The position numbers and the translations under genes were made by a program. From the NCBI GenBank assembly GCA_964016885.1, contig OZ024741.1, positions 84,506,001 to 84,570,000 of the forward strand: a stretch of DNA of 64,000 nucleotides, read 5' to 3'. The notes beneath the pieces are model-generated. The model was not told the origin of the DNA. It worked only from the letters and a program-made list of their open reading frames with translations, and ran no database searches. Below, piece after piece: positions 56,362 to 64,000 of this stretch. Each line of letters begins with the position of its first letter. The first letter of the stretch is position 1. The DNA comes from Eledone cirrhosa. Lineage: Eukaryota.

Positions 56362-58144
56362 CCCTCTTCCTGCTATTTCAAGCGTTAACCTAATATATAC
56401 TTCCATATACTGTACCGATTCTGTTGTTATTTCTTTTTACCTTTTACATACATACATATATATATATATATTGAAGACCCTCTTCACAGGCCTCTCCGGC
56501 GGTCTCTACCGAGATGACGGCCTCTTTGCCCTCCACAAATCAACCCCAGGACCACGTATGGGTTCGGGAAAAACCTTTACACCTTCTTTAAAAACTTAGG
56601 CCTTAGGATTACCTTAGATTCGAACTTAACTAAAGCTAACTTCCTAGACATTACCCTCGACTTAGAAACTTCCCTTTACTACCCGTACCACAAACCTAAT
56701 GAATCCCTTAGATATATAGACATTAATTCTAACCACCCCAAGAATATATTAGACAACCTAGTAAAAAGTGTCTCCATTAGGATATCTAGCCTCGCCGCCA
56801 ATGAAGATATCTTTAGAGCAGCAGCCCCCTATTACAACGAGGCCCTGGCCCGCAGCGGCTTTAGAGATAAGATCACCTACCTTACTATAGCCCCACGCCC
56901 ACCCAGGAAGAATAGGCGAAGGCACATTAGCTGGCACAACACCCCCCCCCCCTTCAACCGAGAAGCTTCAACACCTGTAGCTAAAATTTTCTTCACTCTC
57001 TTACAAAAACACTTCCCCACCCAACATAGTTACTATACTATCCTTAATAAGAATACCATTAGACTCTCTTACTCTACCACACCTAATCTAGCCAGAAACT
57101 TAGCCAACAACAACATCAAGAAGCTAAATAAGTCTACTTTTTCCGAAGCCCATCCAGCAACCGATAGCAACTGCAATTGCCCTGATAAGACGACCTGCCC
57201 TCTCAACAACAACTGTCTAAAAAAAAATCTCGTGTATATATGTGATGTACTCTCAGGCCCCGATGAAAAAAGAAACTCGTACATCGGGATGACTTCTAAT
57301 AGTTTTAAGACTCGCTGGTACGCCCATACACATTCGTTCCGGCGCCCAGACAAATCTAACCAAACTACACTCGCCGCCCACATCTGGCACCTAAAAAGGA
57401 ACTCCATCTCCTTCAAGACCCAATGGAGACTACTCCAGAGAGCGCGATCATACACGGGAGGCCATAATTGCTGTGACCTCTGTATCTCCGAGAGCTATGA
57501 GATTCTATTCGCCAAAGGCCCTCCTCAACAAGATCTCGGAACACTCCCCTAATTGCATGCACAAGAACTATGCAAATTACAAAAACTACAGACCACCCCG
57601 GCCCCCTGACTGACCCCCCACCATATCACCACCCCACCCCAGCCCCCCTTCCCATTTCCGTCCCTCCACCTCTCATTATTACCCTCTTTCCTCCCCTCTA
57701 TCTATCATTATTACCTTCTTTCCTCCCCTCCAGGTCTTATATATTGTGTTGTATGACCCTGAGTAAAGTTCCGTGGCCGCACACACAAATTCACGTATAT
57801 ACCTGCTCATGTTTGCATACGTGCAGTTATGAACTGCTGCACGCACACGTTCATGATTTATTTATCTATTTAACGTGTATATTTATTTAGTTATTTATTT
57901 ATTTATTTATTTATTTAGTTACTTTATTTATTTTTTTATTTATTTACTTATTTATTTATTTATCCATTTATTTATTTACTTGTTTATTTATTTGCTTATA
58001 TACTGGTTTATTTGTTTATCTGCTTGTTTGTTTGTTAGTTAACTCTTTCATTTATTTATTTATTAATTTATGAGTGAATGATTAGGTATTGAATAGATAA
58101 AGGATAAAAGATAGGTAACGAATAGTGAATGGTAAATAGTAAGT

Positions 58145-58327
58145 AATTGTTTCTACTCACAAGGCCAGCAAATACCCAGTACATTACTGGTACTTTATTT
58201 TATCGACCCCGTAAGGATGAAAGGCAAAGTCAACCTCGGCGGGATTTGAACTCAGATCGTAAAGGGACGTAACTATGCTGGAAAGCATGGCGTCCGACCC
58301 TCTACCGATACTGCCAATCTACCGCCC
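58145..58327 (-). mobile_element. tRNA-derived SINE with TSD
   Basis: ggtaaatagtaagtaat at 58131-58147 and 58328-58344. Confidence 0.92.
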
Positions 58328-59200
58328 GGTAAATAGTAAGTAATAAATAATAATAAATAAATAGTAAGTAATAAATAGTAAGTAATAAATAATAAATAAA
58401 TAATAAATAGTAATTAATTACTTGATGATACTTTTAATAACTTAATAGTGACATTAATTATTTTAATCCTCTATCAGGCCCAGTTTAAAATTTAAAATTT
58501 AAAATTTGTCCCACTACCTTTATATTATAGACACATGTATGAGTGCGAACGAGTGCGTGTTTGTGCATATGCGTTTGTGTACTTATTTGTATGTATGTAT
58601 GTGTATGTATGCGTGTTTGCTTGTAAATGTGTATGCGTGTGTATGTATATACGTATATATGTGTGTGTGTGTGTGTGTATGTATATGTATGTATATATAT
58701 ATATATATGTATATATATATGTATATATATATGTATATATATATGTATATATATGTATATGTATGGGTATGTGTATATATGAGATTATATATGTATGTGT
58801 GTGTGTATGTGTATATATGTATATATATGTGTGAATGTATGTGTTTGTGTGTGTGTGTGTATGTATGTGTATGTATGTGTGTGCAAATGTATGTATGTGT
58901 ATGTATAGTATAGTTTACACGAGAGAGACTTACGTACTTGTAGGTGTGTATATATATATATATATATATGTGTATGTATGCATATATATGTATATATATA
59001 TATGTGTATATATGTATGTGTATGCGCGCGTGCGTATGTGTAGATATATATATATATATGTGTGTGTATGTGTATGCGTGTGTGTGTGTGTATATTTGTG
59101 TGTTTGTGTTTTTCCTGTGTATATATGTATATATGTGTATGTATGTATGTGTGTGTGTGTGTATATGTATGTGTGTGTGTGTGTATGTGTATGCGCACAC

Positions 59201-59279
<79 letters not shown>

Positions 59280-59820
59280 AATGTGTAGGTGTGCACACAC
59301 GCATGTGTATGTGTGTATGTATGTATATGTAGGTATATATGTATGTGTGTGTGTAAGTGTTTTTGTATGTGGTTGTGAGTATGTAAATATATTTTATTCT
59401 TTCCATCCTACTAAAACACTCTGGCCACCTGTGGCTTGTATGTTAACTTGACCACTCACCCCAGTCTGTGCCATGATTCTGTCTTGTTAAGTGTTTAATT
59501 TCTATTACCAACCCACCTAAAAAATTTCCCTACTATATATCTGTTGAATTACTATTCTTGGGGTTTTTATTTATTTATTTTTTATTTATTTCTTTATTTA
59601 TTTTATTTATTTATTCATTTATCTATTTATTTATTCATTTATTTATTTATTTACTTATTTATTTATTTCAAAAAAGCACTCTGGCTAATTGACCACTCCC
59701 CATAGAAAAAACGGCCTGTGCCATGAAGGGGTCCTGTGTATCTAAATACCCCCCCCCCATCCACCACCCCTCCCTTGCCACTACCTAAATGTATAAATAC
59801 CAGAACTTAATATGACACCC

Positions 59821-59871
59821 AGCTTCCTGAAGATTTCATCTGAATGAAACAGTACTAGTCCTGTAGAAGCT
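59821..59871 (+). ncRNA. Type I hammerhead ribozyme
   Basis: Helix I agcttc/gaagct; CTGAAGA; helix II t-ttca tc tgaa-t; GAAA; helix III ACAGtACTAGTcCTGT (palindrome with one mismatch); GUA triplet. Confidence 0.85.
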
Positions 59872-59957
59872 CCTTCTATAAAATAAAAAAAATTTACTCT
59901 GCCATGTATTGAGTACCTTACTTACTGTGGTTATCCCCGATTCAACCCGGGACCTAC

Positions 59958-60044
<87 letters not shown>

Positions 60045-60047
<3 letters not shown>

Positions 60048-61360
60048 AGGATGAATATAAAATGAAAGTGCTTTTGTTAAAAAAGGAATTTATTAGGTAT
60101 TGACATATGTTTCTGTAACAGACCGAATACCTATGTATCGCTGCTTGCGTAATCATATAATGTTAGCAAGTATTCGATAGCAAATGTATAATCAGTTGTC
60201 ACTTCTTCAGAGATTTTGGATAAACTGGATAAAATCAGAAAAATTGAAGTATTTATATTAGTAAAAGAGGAAGGAACAGGGGGGAGAGTATATGACAGAT
60301 GGTAAAATAATTTACTGCTAAACAAGTATATAATGGGTTTTTAATGAGAATACCATGAGTAAATCTAAATAAGAATTTTGGGAGTGCCAATTTTAATCAC
60401 TACCTGACCAACTGGACAGTGGACAGGGCTGGTCATTTGGTGCAGTAGTATTAATTATAAAGTGTCAATTGGGGAAGGGGGAGATTTCGATTGCTACTAA
60501 ATAACATCAATGCTAGTAGCCAGCTGGTATATGCATTAGGGAATTGAATCAAGAAATCAGAAATCTCATTTTATCTATAGCAGTTTGTATTAAAAGGTAA
60601 ATAATAGAAGAGTTGATAGAATTAAGACTAATAAAGAATGTTCATATCTATTTTGACAATCAAACGGGGATAGAGACAGGCGTTCAATCCTGGTAGTATT
60701 TATAATATGAAAATGTAGATTTTAAGCGATGGTTACAGTATAACGATCGCTCTATTCTGTTATTTAATAAAATGTTTTTGGATTTCATAATACAAAATAA
60801 TTCTACATTACATAATTTACAAAATTCCTGTCCATGGGATATGGGGGGGGGCAGCCGCTATTATATCCCATTTTAGGTGAAATTGTTGGTTATTTTCACG
60901 CAGCTGCCAAGCCTTGTCTGCGAGTGTTGTTACATAACGCTGGTTTTCATGTTTTATCGAATAACGATGTCTATAAAGGCGTGATTTGAAGGAGGTGGCT
61001 GTAGATCCCACATAGTACCACTTCTGTCTGTCCGATTCGATAGTACATTTGTATACGATGTTGCGTTCAAGACACTGATTGTTCAACGGGCACATTCCTG
61101 GTTGGACACAGTTGCAATTATAATTTTGCGTTGTTGTACTGCCATGGATGGGTTGATGAGGTTGCTTATGTAGGACAGGGTGTTGTTTGTTGTTTTGTGA
61201 TGTTATAGCTAATGTTTTACGTGTATTGTTATGTGTTGGAAGGCGTTTATACAACCGTTTTGCATTAAGCTTTTTTATATGTTGTTCAATATTAGGGGCG
61301 GTTGAATATGAAAGTCGAATAGTGTTAGGGTTTAAGATTTTATTATATTTATGTCATGTT
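60045..61360 (-). mobile_element. Penelope-like element remnant (GIY-YIG) with 3' region and degenerate hammerhead (~60099-60161)
   Basis: ORF 60817-61254: CNCVQPGMCPLNNQCL, IVYKC..YYVGST..FKSRLYRH..S, TTLADKAWQL, WDI. Downstream reads att-atatga..-GAAAC atat GTC-aat with a damaged CUGAUGA box. Confidence 0.88.
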
Positions 61361-61503
61361 GGAAAGTATTATATATATATTTACATTTTAAGTCATTTCG
61401 GAGTCAAATTTAGTTTTTACCGGGAGCTAATGAATTAAAATACCAATCTATGGTGGTGAATGTCTTGAATCAAAATAACACGTGAGTAATTTGCTTGGCA
61501 ATA

Positions 61504-61563
<60 letters not shown>

Positions 61564-61729
61564 TAGAGAGAGTGAGAGAGAGGAAGAGAGATAGATAGAT
61601 TCACATACACACATTCAATCAATAATATCATAGACGTCATTCGCTTACCGAGAGGGATCGGGATCGTCAGAGCGGACCAAGGAAATAATGTCTTTCCAAT
61701 TGCTAATACTATCTATCCGTCACAACCTC

Positions 61730-61850
61730 TGGCAAAATGAGTACAGGGAGAATGATGTGTCTTCCTCAAGGAGATAATGCATCGCCCCGGGAATTGAACT
61801 CACAACCTCGCTATTGTGCATGCAACTTTGTAATCACTGAGCCACGCAAA
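61730..61850 (-). mobile_element. Different tRNA-derived SINE head, diverged
   Basis: Minus strand gcgtggctcagtgatta..gaggttgtgagttcaattcccgg..ccttgaggaagacac has A- and B-box-like motifs. Confidence 0.6.
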
Positions 61851-63614
61851 TTCACAGATATATATGCGCATCCACTTAAACACACATGCACACATAAACG
61901 TACATAAATAATACTCGCATATCCGCTGGTACGTTAACATACACACAAACACACAGGCACAAAATATTCATAACATTTCAGGCACATACGTATACACACA
62001 CACTTCCATCAACGATAAACAGATCAAACACAAACATACACAGACAGAGGAAATAAGGTACAAGAACGACACAGACAAATAACTTGGATAGTCAATAGCC
62101 GAACAAATACGTTATTAGAAACGGAATAAGTGAACAACAGAGTCGCTTGTGAGAAGTGAACTCACATTTGACGTCGGCTATTTAATCATGAAACCAAAGT
62201 GCAACTCACAACTTGCCATTTTAAGTCTAATCTATTAGCCAGGTCATGTAAACAAAGACACAATTCTTTAACGAAGCTTTGAGTAGATTTGAATTGTGAA
62301 AGTATGCTAGCTTATTGTTTGCAACTACAACGCAGGAAGCCTTTTGAAACCGCTGCTCATTCTATGATAGAAAATTGTTTATTTTTAAATGTATATAATT
62401 ATATAAAATCATCCATCTTAATTTCATGTAAGAACCTTTGTTAAAATATGTTCTAAACACCAGCTTAATATTAAGAAAGTTATTTTACCTAATATCTATA
62501 AATGTTTGATTATTTTCAAAATTATTTGAAAATCATATGAAGTCTTTTTCAATAGAAGTATGGTAACACACAGGTTAAACTGTTTATATTTATATAAAAG
62601 CATTTCATAATAAGTTTACTTAAGAACCTTTGTTAAGGTATGCTCAAAACATCAGGTTGTTAATGACAAGGTTTGTTATATTACTAAATCTCTTCAAATT
62701 CTTGATTATTTTTCAAAATTATTTGAAAAATCATAAGCTGAGTCTAACAATAGAAATATCGTAACAAAAGGGTTATGATACTTAGGAAATCGGAGCACGC
62801 ACATTAACATGGAAGTTTTGTAAGCTAATTGTTCCTTGTACAAATTGAAATCATTTCAATTTATTTGGTAGTGAATATCTTCTATTTACTAAACCCAATA
62901 ACTCGATTACTTCAGTCGGTTTATATCATCAACATTTTCAAAACATGAATATATTTTCAAGTTATATCATTATTTCTCGTGAAAACATGCATGAAGTTAC
63001 ATGAGAGTTTTAAAAGCCTAATTATCAGTAACGTTTCATTTTTTTTTTTTTTACATTAGCATTTGTCTTTTAAATATTTTCTGTTCTTTCTTTAATGTAA
63101 TAATTTAGTTTAGAAATAATTCAGTGCTAAACGAAGATAATTGTTTACTAAAATCTATTTTGAATGATTCAAAATCAGTTCTAAACAGAAATTCTCGTGT
63201 ATACATCAAACTCAATATGTTTCAATTCTAAACATTAATTAAATATCAAAACCTTGAAGTGTTTATCTGTTGCATAGTTTAACTAAGAGCTTTAATAGAG
63301 GTAAAAATCAATCGCTGTATGTAAAACTTATGAAGAACTAAATAAAACGAACACCTTATATTTGATAGCGTTAATAATATCTTACTGGTTTTAGTCATGA
63401 GACTGTGGCCATGCTGGTGCACCCACATTAGAGGATTTTAGTAGATTCTCTTGAAAGCAGGATCAATTATTTTAACGTGGGTACTTATTTCATCGGCCCT
63501 TTGTCTCGAGCTAATATTCCTGATAATTTCATACGAATGATACAGTTCTATTCCTGTAGATGTAATTTCTCTATATAATAAATATGCTTATTTTCTACTA
63601 ATGTAATTTAATTA

Positions 63615-63991
<377 letters not shown>

Positions 63992-64000
63992 CAAACAACA

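Larger units (their letters stand above)
56471..59958 (+). mobile_element. Penelope-like element, 5'-truncated at RT motif C, with a long microsatellite-rich 3' region ending after a hammerhead
   Basis: GGLYRDDGLFALH (~56498), NFLDITLDL, PYHKPNESLRYI..SNHP, CNCPDKTTCPLNNNCL, YIGMTSNSFKTRWYAH, CDLCISE. Stops and frameshifts present; bounded by (TA)n on both sides. The 3' extent is inferred. Confidence 0.85.

Overview
Eukaryotic, AT- and microsatellite-rich, repeat-dominated DNA. The SINE families and microsatellite content suggest an octopus-like cephalopod (inference). No host protein-coding gene can be supported, and almost all ORFs in the track are translations of simple repeats. The window opens with a ~9.2 kb CCA/ACA-based satellite with higher-order duplications. 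It also holds five decayed GIY-YIG-endonuclease Penelope-like retroelements (PLEs), remnants of RTE, Tx1-like and R4/Dong-like LINEs, more than ten tRNA-derived SINE copies and a non-autonomous Helitron with clean termini. The main hidden signal is about 19 hammerhead-ribozyme (HHR) motifs from about nine sequence families, plus four core-less half motifs. They lie in PLE terminal repeats and in the arms of many inverted repeats. They include intact type I cores (43667-43726 and two copies, 59821-59871, 46761-46844, 56326-56361), a tandem pair bracketing a ~1.3 kb microsatellite unit (retrozyme-like) and a variant with a ~96-nt helix II. All structures were read by eye; catalytic activity is untested.
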